A DNA stretch of 64,000 nt from Octopus sinensis (taxonomy: Eukaryota). The stretch lies in assembly GCF_006345805.1 (NCBI RefSeq), contig NC_043002.1:31496001-31560000 (forward strand), in the 5' to 3' direction. Below are positions 51,857-64,000 of this stretch, piece after piece. The notes beneath the pieces were generated by a model, which made no database searches, was not told the origin of the DNA, and saw nothing but the letters and a program-made list of their open reading frames with translations. Both the position numbers and the translations under genes were made by a program. Numbering within the stretch: the stretch's first letter is position 1; each line of letters begins with the position of its first letter.

Positions 51857-52706
51857 TATACATATACATATATATACATATATAAATATATATATGTTGT
51901 GTGTGTGAGTGTGTGTGTACACTCACATAAAATGTGTACACGTATGCATGTGTGTATTGTCGCTGTTATTCTTGTTTTATTACATTTTGATATGTCCCCA
52001 GTAAGATTACAAACGAACCCTAAAATTAGATTGATGTTATCAATGGTTGCATATAAATGTAGAAATTGGATACTATGGCTAATTGTATTGGTTGATTCTG
52101 AAACACGAGTTAATTCCAACTGGTCGGCTGAGTGTTTTTAATGTAAAACTATTTAAGGGTTTGGTTAGGGTCAACGGAGAGCGAGCGAGCGAGCGAGCAC
52201 GTGAGAGAGAGAGAGAGGAGAGAGAAAAGTGGGAGAGAGAGGAGGGGAGAGAGAAAGCATGGGAATGAAGATATGTGTGTGAAGGTGAAGACCGAAACAA
52301 AAGTTACACATGGCTGGATGAGAAATTTACTTGCTTGCAAAATGATTAGCACATGACAGGTTATTAGAAGAGAAAAGGATGAGATTGGCGTCAATGTATA
52401 CACCTGCGCCCATACTGTCTTATACATGCAAACATATAAAATATATATATATACAAAAAAAAGTGTATGAATATAGTGTGTATGTGTTTGCATATATCGT
52501 TGAATGTGTAAGAACCAACATATGTAATATATACATGCATATATATATACATAGATACGTATATATATCCTATATATATATAACTATAAATATATATATA
52601 TATATAGTATATATAGCTATATATATAGATATATATATATATATATAGATATGTATATATATATGTATATATATATGTATATATATATATGTATATATAA
52701 TATATG

Positions 52707-52762
<56 letters not shown>

Positions 52763-52784
52763 ATATATGAATATATATATATCA

Positions 52785-52830
<46 letters not shown>

Positions 52831-52859
52831 ATATAATATTTACATACACATATATACTC

Positions 52860-53272
52860 TTTACGCTATTAACTCTTTTACATGTTTCACTCATTTGACT
52901 GCGGCCATGCTGGAGCACGCCTTTAGTCGAGCAAATCGACCCCAGGACTTATTCTTTCTAAGATTAGTACTTATTCAATCGGCCCCTTTTGTCGAACCGC
53001 TAAGTTACGGGGACGTACACACACCACCATCGGTTGCCAAGCGATGTTGGGGGACAAACACAGACACGCAAACATATACACACACATACATATATATATA
53101 TGTACATATATACGACGGTTTTTTTCCAGTTATCGTCTACCAAATCCACTCACAAGGCTTTGGTCGGCCCGAGGCTATAGCAGAAGACACTTGCCCAAGG
53201 TGCCAAGCAATGGGACTGAACCCAGAACCATGTGGTTGGTAAGCAAACTACTTACCATACAGCCACTCCTGT

Positions 53273-53275
<3 letters not shown>
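52860..53275 (-). mobile_element. SINE family S2, full length
   Basis: Colinear reverse complement of 53574-53985. Confidence 0.9.
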
Positions 53276-53334
<59 letters not shown>

Positions 53335-53371
53335 ATATATATATATATAAATATATATATATATCTATACC

Positions 53372-53408
<37 letters not shown>

Positions 53409-53573
53409 ATTAATCAGCCGAAATTACTACGATGATCCGGTTTTGACTGAAGACTGAGGGTTTCGAATGTCTTGTCCATGTTTATTGTACCGTCTTCTAA
53501 GAGTTATACGTTCTTGTCCATGTTGTATTTTTCTACATACCTTAATATATATATATATATATATATATATACC

Positions 53574-53985
53574 AAGGCGCAGGAGTGGCTGTGTGGTAAG
53601 TAGCTTGCTAACCAGCCACATGGTTCCGGGTTCAGTCCCGCTGCGTGGCATCTTGGGCAAGTGTCTTCTGCTATAGCCCCGGGCCGACCATGCCTTGTGA
53701 GTGGATTTGGTAGACGGAAACTGAAAGAAGCCTGTCGTATATATGTATATATATATGTATGTGTGTGTGTGTTTGTGTGTCTGTGTTTGTCCCCCTAGCA
53801 TTGCTTGACAACCGATGCTGGTGTGTTTACGTCCCCGTAACTTAGCGGTTCGGCAAAAGAGACCGATAAAATAAGTACTGGGCTTATAAAGAATAAGTCC
53901 CGGGGTCGAGTTGCTCGACTAAAGGCGGTGCTCCAGCGTGGCCGCAGTCGAATGACTGAAACAAGTAAAAGAGTAAAAGAGAGTA
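53574..53985 (+). mobile_element. SINE family S2, full length
   Basis: tRNA-like head, gcatcttgggcaagtg box, internal TA/TG repeat, 3' ggcggtgctccagcgtggccgcagtcgaatgactgaaac and gagtaaaa tail. Confidence 0.92.
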
Positions 53986-54084
53986 AGAGTATACGTGTGT
54001 GTTTGTGTCTATGTATATATACATATATATATGGAGGGAGAGAGAGAGAGAGAGAGAGAAAGGAATGTATTGTCGTAGACATAT

Positions 54085-54305
54085 GCATTCGTTTAGTCTT
54101 TTATTCTTTTATTTGTTTCATTCATTTGATGGCAGCCTTTCTGGAGCACCGCATTTAGTGGAGCAAATCGTCACCAGGTGTATTCTTTGCAAGCCTGGTA
54201 CTTGTTCTATCGATATCTTTTGCTCAATCGCTAAGTTATGATGACGTAAGCATAGCAACACCTGTTGTCAAGCGACGTTAAGGAGGACTAAAAGGACACA
54301 CAAAG
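54085..54305 (-). mobile_element. SINE family S2, degenerate 3' half
   Basis: tttctggagcaccgc...ctaagttatg...gttgtcaagcga. Confidence 0.7.
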
Positions 54306-54308
54306 TTA

Positions 54309-54359
<51 letters not shown>

Positions 54360-54360
54360 C

Positions 54361-54400
<40 letters not shown>

Positions 54401-54408
<8 letters not shown>

Positions 54409-54834
54409 GTTGTATACTGTCAATCTAACAAGAACGTGACAGTAGGAGGTACACCCCCGCTGTATAGCCCTAGGAAGCATCGAATGCCTCCTGATAGCTT
54501 TGACACATTTTTTCCCTTTGTCCTTATATACATATTCGAAGGGGAGACAAAACACCCCCGGCTGCCGGAACTGCATCTAGGGACACCGTGTTTCAGGATC
54601 GTTGTCCTTCATCGGCCTAGAGTAGCAGACACAATGAAGGACAACGATCCTGAAACACGGTGTCCCTAGATGCAGTTCCGGTGTTTGTCTCCCCTTCGTA
54701 TATGTATATAAGGACAAAGGGAAAAAATGTGTCAAAGCTGTCAGGAGGCGTTCGATGCTTCCTAGGGCTATACAGCGGTGGTGTACCCCCTACTGTCACG
54801 TTCTTGTTAGATTGACAGTATACAACCATTCTAT
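54401..54834. repeat. 434-bp near-perfect palindrome (head-to-head copies of a hammerhead-bearing module)
   Basis: Arms 54401-54612 and 54634-54834 differ by 5 substitutions and an ~11-nt indel; 21-nt spacer. Confidence 0.95.
54577..54620 (-). ncRNA. Minimal type-I hammerhead motif with a U4C core variant
   Basis: CUAGG-CCGAUGA-AGGA CAACGA UCCU-GAAA-CAC G GUG-UC-CCUAG: helices I, II and III perfectly paired, GUC triplet. Confidence 0.75.
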
Positions 54835-54969
54835 CGCCCCACCACCGTACGTGTCTCTACGAGAGATTTAGAAATTCAATATTTCTTATATATATATATA
54901 TATATATATACATATGTATGGATAGATAGCTATATATATATGTCTGTATGTGTGCTTATGTATAAATAT

Positions 54970-55047
<78 letters not shown>

Positions 55048-55050
<3 letters not shown>

Positions 55051-55330
55051 TGTATAGTCGTGGCCTGTAGTTAATAGCTTGCTTCCCAACCAATGTTTCC
55101 GAGTCTAGTGACTTCTGCCGAATCCTAGGACCGCTCAATGCATTGTTAGTAGATTTGGTGGACGAAACTGAAAATAGTCCGTCCTATATGAATACATATT
55201 TGTGTGTGTATGTGTGTGTGCATGTATGTGCGTGTGTGTGTACTTATGTGTGCGCGTCTTTGTGGATGTGTTGATGTGTTTTATGTCCCCGTAACGTAGA
55301 ATTTCGGCAAATTCCATGCTTACAAAGAAT
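55048..55330 (+). mobile_element. SINE family S2, degenerate
   Basis: gcttgcttcccaacc...gatttggtggacgaaactgaa...atgtccccgtaac. Confidence 0.65.
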
Positions 55331-55657
55331 AATTCCTACAAATAATAATTGGAGCACTAGGTTTTGTTAGTAACTGCTAAAAGGAGGATCTAGGATAAAG
55401 TGAGATTTTCAGAAGAGAAATCGACCGGCTAATTCGTACATTACAAGTGAGTGGAACAGTAAATATTTGTATGACTTTTCTCAAGTTCCAAATGTTATTC
55501 TGTCTGTGTTAAGTGCACCCCAAAGATGGAGCCTTGTGCGTTTGTTGGAAACCGGCTCCCTCCGCAGTGACTGATACAATAATTAGAAAATAGAAGAAAC
55601 ACATATGCACACAAAAATATGCATATATATACAAGAAAAGATATTTTCATTCGTTAG

Positions 55658-55759
55658 CTCATGAGCGAGGCTGCGACCAGCACAAATGTCAAGCGGGATA
55701 AGCATGGCGAGCGGAATTTTTCTTTATTGGATATTCTGCTAAAAATATTCATGTGCCAG
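55658..55759 (+). other. Candidate 102-nt symmetric exon (LMSEAATSTNVKRDKHGERNFSLLDILLKIFMCQ)
   Basis: ttttcattcgttag| acceptor, CAG|gtgagt donor, only one open frame. Confidence 0.25.
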
Positions 55760-55973
55760 GTGAGTGATGTTAAACTGGGTGATGTATTACGCCTAATTTT
55801 TAATAATGAATGCTTAAACATCTCCGCATACTCTCACAAATGCATAAAGACATATACACCATATTTCTCGTATAAGCATTCATATATGTATATACACACA
55901 TACAATCATACATATACACATATATATTTCTGCATATCTACACGCTCGCACACAGACACATATTACAATCACT

Positions 55974-56035
<62 letters not shown>

Positions 56036-56621
56036 GAGTGTGTGTGTGTGTGTGGTGTGTGTGTATGTGTTTGTGTGTATGCGTGAGTGAGAGAGAGGGT
56101 GGAGGGAGTCCAGAAAATGTAAGGAGAAACGGAAAACGTCGAGTGAAAACATGTTACACAAACATATGCTTGTCAAAGGGCAATTAGGTGGCAGTAACCT
56201 TACCTGAACATATGTGATGACGTCAGAAATTAATGGTATGATTAACCGAACTGTTTGATACAAAATCAATTAAAAAAATTATATGGCATAACTGAAAGTG
56301 ATATGTTTCATAAGTGACCCGTGAACAAGGCTAAGAAGTAGTCGTATGTTTCGAGATTACGCTTAAACGTATAAATGGATTAATTGATTCCATATGAGGA
56401 AGGCTACCCAGCTCTATGTCTGAAACACATTTCTAAGTATAATCAGTTTTAATGATCATGTTATTCAAGAACTAGCATATTGATGCTCTGCTCCACTGAA
56501 TTTAAAACGGCACTCTCTTTTAGTTAGAACGTATACACTATTACGAACACATATATGTATATGTAAGTATGCTGAGGCAGAGGGTTTGATGCACGTATAA
56601 TTTTTATGTATATATATGTTG

Positions 56622-56767
56622 CTAACCAACCACATGGTTCTGTGTTCAGTCCTACTGCGTGGCACCTTGGGCAAGTGTCTTCTACTATAGCCTTGGGCCG
56701 ACCAAAGCCCCTGTCAGTGGATTTGGGTAGACGGAAGCTGAAAGACCCCGTCGTATATATATATAAT

Positions 56768-56819
<52 letters not shown>

Positions 56820-57050
56820 TGTTACAAATACTCAATAGTCACGATAAAACTTTGAGTTTCAGATGCCGAAGTGGAAATCCACTAGGCGTAGGAGTGGCTG
56901 TGCGGTAAGTAGCTAGCTTACTAACCACATGGTTCCGGGTTCAGTCCGAATGCGTGGCACCTTGGGCAAGTGTCTTCTACTATAGCCTCGGGCCGACAAA
57001 AGCCTTGTCAGTGAATTTGGCAGATAGAAAACTGAAAGAACCCCGTCGTA
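56622..57050 (+). mobile_element. Two S2 5' halves (56622-56756 and 56885-57050)
   Basis: aaccacatggttc...gcgtggcaccttgggcaagtgtcttctactatagcc occurs twice. Confidence 0.85.
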
Positions 57051-57057
57051 TTATGTA

Positions 57058-57098
<41 letters not shown>

Positions 57099-57762
57099 TA
57101 TATATATATATATATATATAATGAGTGTGTATTTGTATGTATATATTTATGTATGTAAAGAGGGATTGATATGGATAAATAACCTTTCTTCTTCCTCGAG
57201 ACCCTTTAAAGGATCATGGTCACTGCCTTCTCTACCGATTACGTGAATATATATTTAAAAGCTTAACCGTCACTGCAAGTGAATATGGTCCGATGGGTAA
57301 TTGTTTCAGTTGGTTCTCTAATCGTGAGCCGACAGTCACCCTTTTGGATCAGTATATCACATTGTCGATAATAGCACGTCAATTTTAATATCTTTATCGT
57401 CGACTTCGAAACCTCCATAAAATTTACTTCCATATTGTCAAGTTTGGTATTTATTAGGGATATTTTTAATCACCTATATTGGTCAACTAGAGAAACAGTA
57501 TTTTAACTGACGATAGAGTAAAATGGGTCAAATCAAAAATGAAGATTGCAATGTAACTCAAGGTACCTCTGCCTTAGATATTCCCCGGATGAGTATTTAC
57601 ATTATTATGCTAATAAATAAACACAAAGGTGGTATGGAGCTAAAGCCTCTAGGAGCTTTTAAAATAATCATATTTAAGAAGAAAATTTCATACAAACTTC
57701 AGAACTCAAGAAAAACTACATACCTTTAAAATGCTGTCTGACAACGTCTCCCATCCGTGCAA

Positions 57763-57850
<88 letters not shown>

Positions 57851-57853
57851 GCG

Positions 57854-57884
<31 letters not shown>

Positions 57885-58271
57885 TAATAATAGCATGCTC
57901 TCTCACTCAATAATAACAATATAACAACAATAATATATGTTGCTATGAGAACCATGTAATATGTATAATAATTGACTTTAGAATTGAAGGTCATGACTTG
58001 CATATCACATGATAATTACATTTATTGCATCAGTATTACAATCTGTGTATACGTATAAAAAAGGAATTTTCTAAATAAAACATGCAATCAGCAACAAAAG
58101 GTTTTGAATCTAATCCCAGGCTTTCTAGAAAAACTTCTTTTTCCATAATCCGATAGCATAAATCTCTTTTTTTCTCTATCCCATTCTCTTATTTCTTCTC
58201 TCCCAGCCTCATATGTGTGTGTTGTGTGTGTGTATATGTGTATGTGTGTATAAATATACGTATATACACAC

Positions 58272-58312
<41 letters not shown>

Positions 58313-58315
<3 letters not shown>

Positions 58316-58465
58316 GAGGGGCTTCTTTCATTTTCCGTCTACCAAATCCACTCACAAGGCTTTGGTCGGCCCGAGGCTATAGAAGACACTTGCGCAAGGT
58401 GCCAGGCAATGGGAACATGTGCTTGAGAAGAAAGTTTCTTTCTGACCACACAGCCACGCCTGCGC
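58313..58465 (-). mobile_element. SINE family S2, 5' half
   Basis: ccgtctaccaaatccactcacaaggctttggtcggcccgaggctatagaagacacttgc. Confidence 0.85.
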
Positions 58466-58499
58466 CTCTCTCTCTCTCTCGTCTCTCTCTTTCTCTCTC

Positions 58500-58568
<69 letters not shown>

Positions 58569-58756
58569 TATATGTGTGTGTTTGTGTATATTTATATAGA
58601 TAGATAGATAGATATACATATATTCCCAAACTAACGTGGCAGTCCAGAGAAATAGGACGAATGCTGTCCTCTAACTAGCTATGTAACATACAGATCTCCG
58701 TCCATAACACCTTCGAACAGGAGAGTTCATCAGATTCCCGTTACTGGCTCGGCATT

Positions 58757-58794
58757 CACACACCGGTTTCGGGGTAGTTGCCCCTTATCTATGC
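58757..58794 (-). other. Degenerate hammerhead-like relic
   Basis: CGCA-UAGAUAA-GGGG CAACUA CCCC-GAAA-CCGG-UG-UGUG: helix II and palindromic ACCGGU helix III intact; core and triplet mutated. Confidence 0.4.
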
Positions 58795-59065
58795 GGTGTA
58801 GCTGGCTCAAGCAGGCATCGCTGTTCACCGTCTGTTTGAAGGTTTATTTATATATATATATCCAGTGGAACACATTCACTGATTTTCAAATATAGAAATA
58901 TTATTTCTAAATCGCTCTAAAGAAGAGATACGTTAGCAGTACTGGGTATTAATATTTATCGCCAAACTAACGTGGAGGTCTAGAAAAATAGGACGAATGT
59001 TGCCTTTGATTAGCTCCGAGAGGCGACCTCCTTTAGTTAGCTATGTGACACAAATATATATAAAA

Positions 59066-59444
59066 CTAGCAGTATCGCCTGGCGTTGCTCGGGTTTGTAA
59101 GGGAAATAACTATATAAGCATATAATAGTCATCTCAATATGGCTAACCACAAAGGGGGGGGGATTACTGCAGGTTTTTACGTTCTGAGATTGAATAATAC
59201 ATTTTTAGAGAGTTACTTCCCTTACATAATAGCAAAATAATGCATTAAAAATGGGAAAAAATGATGGTAATTTTTTTTTTAATCGTAGACTCATCGTAGA
59301 CGCGCGCTAATACCCAGAAGGGCTCGATATGAATCACGACTATAAGATACCCGCTTTTGGTTACACTGCACTGCAAAATGTGGGAGTAGTTAGGAATCTA
59401 AATCGTAGGAGAGACACACACAACTTCACTTTTATATATAAAGA
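59066..59444 (-). mobile_element. Non-autonomous Helitron (379 bp)
   Basis: 5' TCTTTATATATAAAAG, 3' hairpin cccgagcaacgccagg followed by CTAG, inserted between A and T, no TSD. Confidence 0.85.
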
Positions 59445-60215
59445 TTAAGTAATCAGCAGGTTGCAATTTTATATACATACAAATTTAACGTAACCAGCAG
59501 ATTGCAATGTTTCACCAAAAGGTAGAATTATAATTGTCACTAAATGTGATTATGGTGTTAAAAACACATACACTGTTAGAAATAAGAGCTAAAATGCTAT
59601 GCTCTAATTCTGTAGCTAATGCACATGAATGTCTGTATTTTTCAGACAATTGTGGTCCCTGTTAAAGTAGACATTTTTTGTTCATGTGTGTTAGTTAAAG
59701 CATTAGAGCATTCTGGCTCATTCTAGCAATGTAGGTTTTTATAACACCCTAGCGACATTTAATGCCAATTACACACATACACACACACATAGATAGATGC
59801 ATATATATATATAATTATTTTATTCAACATATTCCCCTCTCAGGTTCATACACTTATTGTAATGGTCCTTCTGTTTTACTAAGCCATGTAAATGAACTCG
59901 GAAGGTCGAGCCTCCAACCAGGCCATGCACGATACCCTTAAATCCAGGGATTTTCCATCTCCACCTCCTCAAACACACAAGCACACAAAAACTTCTGCTG
60001 GATTTATTAATATTAACAGTAAATGTTTTAATTTATACATAGGAATACTACGGAGATTGATTGAATGTATGTCTCTCTACGTGTATAGACTCTAAATTAT
60101 TATACAAACGTTTTGATAGTGACATCGAAGTTTTCAATGTTTTGTGGTTCAAACTGTTATTTGAGGGAGTAACAAACATTGCGGTACCAACATTCGGAAT
60201 GCCAACATTACAAAT

Positions 60216-60257
<42 letters not shown>

Positions 60258-60534
60258 GTACGCGCACACACTCACAATCACTCACACAAGTACGCGCACA
60301 CACTCACACACTCACACACACACACCACACACAAACTCACACACACACATTTGTATGAATACTCTCCACCGCCTGTACTGAGTACTTTTGCTCGTGTTTG
60401 TAAGTTTGTGTGTGTGTGTGTGTGTCTGTGCTTGTATGTGGTGTAGATCTGTGGATATACATAACTGCTTATGTGTAGTGCCTATGTATATATGTATGTA
60501 TGTGTGTATGCATGCATGTATGTATGTATGTATG

Positions 60535-60565
<31 letters not shown>

Positions 60566-62016
60566 GTATTCAAGCATGTGTGTATGTGTGTATTGTTTCT
60601 TCCTTTCCTTTCGGTTTTTACTTGATTACTTTCACAAATATTACCTCTTCCTCTTCCTCCTAAAATGATCTTCCCATCCCCGATATTTCTCACTCCTCCT
60701 ACACAGCCTCTGCCACACCACAGATTCCCGTAAGTCAATCATTATGGTAAACGATTAACAAATAAATCACTTCATTAAAAATGTTGATCAAGTTTACATT
60801 ATGCATTAACAGGTTTGTAATTAACTCTGACGAAAGTCTCTTACTCGAGCCAGGCACGAACCTGGTATCTCTGACATTAACATGTTTAATATTCAATAGC
60901 CGGTTTCTTCTTTATTTTCTTGCCTTATTACATTTCATTTTTAATTCATTTATTTATTTTTAATTGGGTATAATATTCCTTGTTTAATTGGATAGTTGAT
61001 CTTGTAAAAAAAAATTATAAAAACGGGAAAGAAAATTGAATTAAAATTCAGACGTGGATTTCGGGCGGTGTAACGAATGGGGTTTGATGGAATTTCGTAA
61101 TGGTGTTTTTGTCACTTAGACCAGTGTTGGCGATGATGCAGTTTGCTTTGATAATACTAATATTATTTAGTAGGCTCATAGTTGTTTCTATGTTGATTTT
61201 AATGACAAATTATTTGTTGCTGTTGTTGTTCTTTCTCATACGCTGTTGTGTTTGAATCTGTGCACGTTACTTTTGTTGTTTTAATTATTATATTGCTGTT
61301 GTTTGTTGCTGTTGCTATTTAACTTGTCAGCTATATTGACATTGGCAGTGATCACGTGACACGGGGCAGTGGACATGTTCGTGAAGGAGTGGACTGTTGT
61401 TAACAATAGTTATTCTACGTTATTGGTCTGGTTTAGTATCAGATTAGTTCCCATCTAGTATATCCTAATACAAGTCAATCTAGCTAAAGTCATCTGTTAT
61501 CTGGCTTTTTGTATAAGAAACTTACAAAAAATTTATTCAGATTATGAACTCTTTTTAAAGAGTGTAGGACGTACTTTGAGGACATGTGTCTGCCATTCGT
61601 GTCCTCCACAGTCTGCATTCATAACCCCTTGTTATTCATTGTTATTTTTCCGTCACACAGCTCACTAATAAACTCAACGTCAATAAATCAGAGAGAAGAA
61701 ATGTCAAATGATCGATTCCACACACAAAAGTCTTTTTTACAACTGTGTGGTCTTCAGTTAATGGCAAGAACTGATATTAATTTTAAGCATATTTATGCTT
61801 TTCCAATTCAGAGATGGATTGGTCTATACATAATAAACAAGAGGTCATTAGTGCTTAAATGTTGTTGCTGTTGATATTGCTGATGTGACTGTGGTTGTTG
61901 TCTCCAGTTTATTTATAGTTTAACTCAATAAGCTTATAACAAAATACCATTCTATCACAAATACACCATCAATATTTGAAATAGGGCTTCCCTACATATT
62001 ATTGAGAATTCGCTTA

Positions 62017-62195
62017 AAGCAGCGAGCTAGCAAGCCGCGAAAAATGTTTAGCAGTATTTCGACCGTCTTTACGAATTGAGTTCAAATTCCGGTGAGGTCG
62101 ACTTTGTTTTAGTCTTTTTAGAGTGTGATGTTCGACGAAATAAGTACCAGATGAGAACTAGGGCCGATATAATCGACTTAGCCCCTTTCTCGACA
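62017..62195 (+). mobile_element. SINE family S1 variant
   Basis: aagcagcgagctagcaa...gagttcaaattccggtgaggtcgacttt. Confidence 0.75.
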
Positions 62196-63328
62196 CTGGG
62201 AGTGGAATATTCTGATTTTATTCAAAATGTCCCCTTCTCAGATTCACACACTTACGACAGCGGTTCTTCAGATTTTCGAATACCTGTAAAAAGGCTCGGA
62301 AGGTTGGGCTTCCAGCTAGGCCTTTCGCGAAAACCTTAAATCCAGGAACCGTTCAGAACTCCCATGTGGGTGCAGTTCTTTCGACAGGCTTCTATACAAC
62401 GTCCATCTATCCAAATTCACTCACGTGGTTCGGGTAGTAAATGACACTTGCTCAGAACGCCACGCAGTGAGATCGATCCGAAATCTCAAGTTTGCGAATT
62501 GAATTTCCTGAGCACTCAGTCACACCTCCATTCATATGACACACAATAGTAAGGATGTCCTACTGAGTGTTCCATAGTTATCGGAATAGTCATTGTGTTA
62601 GTGTTACTATCATAGTGGTTGTTGGTACTGAGGTCATTGCAGTGTAGAGTTGTTGCTATATAAGCTGAAGCCATAGTAGTTGTGTTGATATTTATTGAAT
62701 TTATTCTTGACAATCTAGTTATTACTTCTTCAGGTCGAAGCTACTGTTACCGTAATTACAGTAATTCTAATAGTTATGGAAAGTAGTAGCTGTGGTGGGT
62801 TTGGTGATGATAATAGTGTATGCGGGGATATGATGGGCAGTAAAATCATTAAAGATGAGTGAGAACACATATTTCAAATATAACGTGTCTGTTTTTTGCC
62901 TTCTGATTAATTTTTATATAGTATTTTTGTTATACTTTATACATTAGTTTATTTATTTATTTATTTGTAATTTTCAAATTTAATTTATATTGTTTTCATG
63001 TCCTGGCCATCCATCGTGACTGCAATTAATTACAAAGAGATGAGGGATGCTGTGTTTCCTGGCTTCACTGATGAATAAAAGTGCATATCATTTGCGATTT
63101 CATTCGAAAAAGCAACGAAACCCTTTATTTTTTAATTACTCTATATATCCAATCATATCCATACGTGAATAAGTGTATGGATAATAAACATTCAATCATT
63201 CTGTCAGACCAGGCACCACACTTCCTACATATCACACTATCTCTCCTATACACATATACACACACACAAACACACATATGTTTCTGTGTAATCATATATA
63301 TGGCTGCATACATAATATATATATATAT

Positions 63329-63359
<31 letters not shown>

Positions 63360-63640
63360 GTGTGTGTATGTATGTATGTATATGCATGTATATATATATA
63401 TATGTAATTGTATGTGTGTATGTGTGTAGATTAGTTAGATGAAGGTGTAGATATGCATATTCATAGTGAGAGAGAGAGAGAGAGACGAAGCGGACATATA
63501 GAGAAATACACACAGAGATTTAATTATATGTGTTTACAGACATTATTACTTGCGTAAACAGAGATGGGGAAAAAAATGTCAATTATAATAAGAGTTGATT
63601 TTTGTACAAATTTGTTAAATGCTAAAAATTGATTTCAAAT

Positions 63641-64000
63641 TTTAGTTCAAGGCCGGCAATTTCGGAGGATCGAGTAAGTCACTTATATCGGACCCAGTAC
63701 TCAACTGGTACCTATTCCATCGACCCTTAAAGGAAGTAATGCAAAATTAACTTCGGTGGAATTTGAACTGTGAACGTAAACACAAGCGAAATGCTACCAA
63801 GTGACACCAATTTGTTAAATGCTAAATATCCCTTCTACTAAAAGCACCAAGCCTGATATTTGTGGGGAAGGCGTTAGTCGATTATATCAACCCCAGTGCG
63901 TAACTGATTCTTATTTCATCGACCCCGAAATGATAAAAAGCCTAGTCAACCTCGATGGAGATTGAACTCAGAAAATAACGACAGAAAAAGCCGATAAGCA
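63641..64000 (-). mobile_element. Two S1-type SINEs (63641-63810 and 63855 to the window end)
   Basis: cgacccttaaagg...ggaatttgaac; atcgaccccgaaatg...gaactcaga. Confidence 0.75.

Noticed and set aside
56840-56885. Possible 3' half of a hammerhead (gtggatttccac hairpin, GAAA-CUC-A-AAG-UU on the minus strand)
   Set aside because: The CUGANGA half is absent (a SINE starts there) and helix III is mismatched.

Overview
AT-rich, microsatellite-saturated animal genomic DNA made up almost entirely of transposable elements and simple repeats. The SINE families look like those of coleoid cephalopods, most likely Octopus (inference from recalled repeat sequences, not a search). No host gene can be named; only low-confidence candidate exons were found. 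Recognisable content: (1) a full-length Tx1/L1-clade LINE (8.3-13.5 kb, minus) with a ~31-bp target-site duplication; (2) two 5'-truncated CR1-group LINEs; (3) a full-length R4/Dong-like RLE retrotransposon plus two other inserts nested in a (TAA)n tract; (4) decayed RTE, Tx1 and mariner copies; (5) a canonical non-autonomous Helitron; (6) dozens of tRNA-derived SINEs from about three families. The most interesting signal is absent from the ORF track: several unrelated short non-coding modules embedded in (TA)n carry minimal type-I hammerhead ribozyme folds with palindromic helix III (8211-8258, 13902-13948, 37981-38018, 54577-54620; degenerate at 58757-58794). Two of these modules form head-to-head inverted structures typical of Penelope-like/retrozyme elements, and the Tx1 LINE is inserted ~60 nt upstream of the ribozyme in one of them. 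A second clean signal is a 3'-terminal hairpin shared, with compensatory changes, by a CR1-like LINE and the dominant SINE. Repeat boundaries were read by eye and are approximate.
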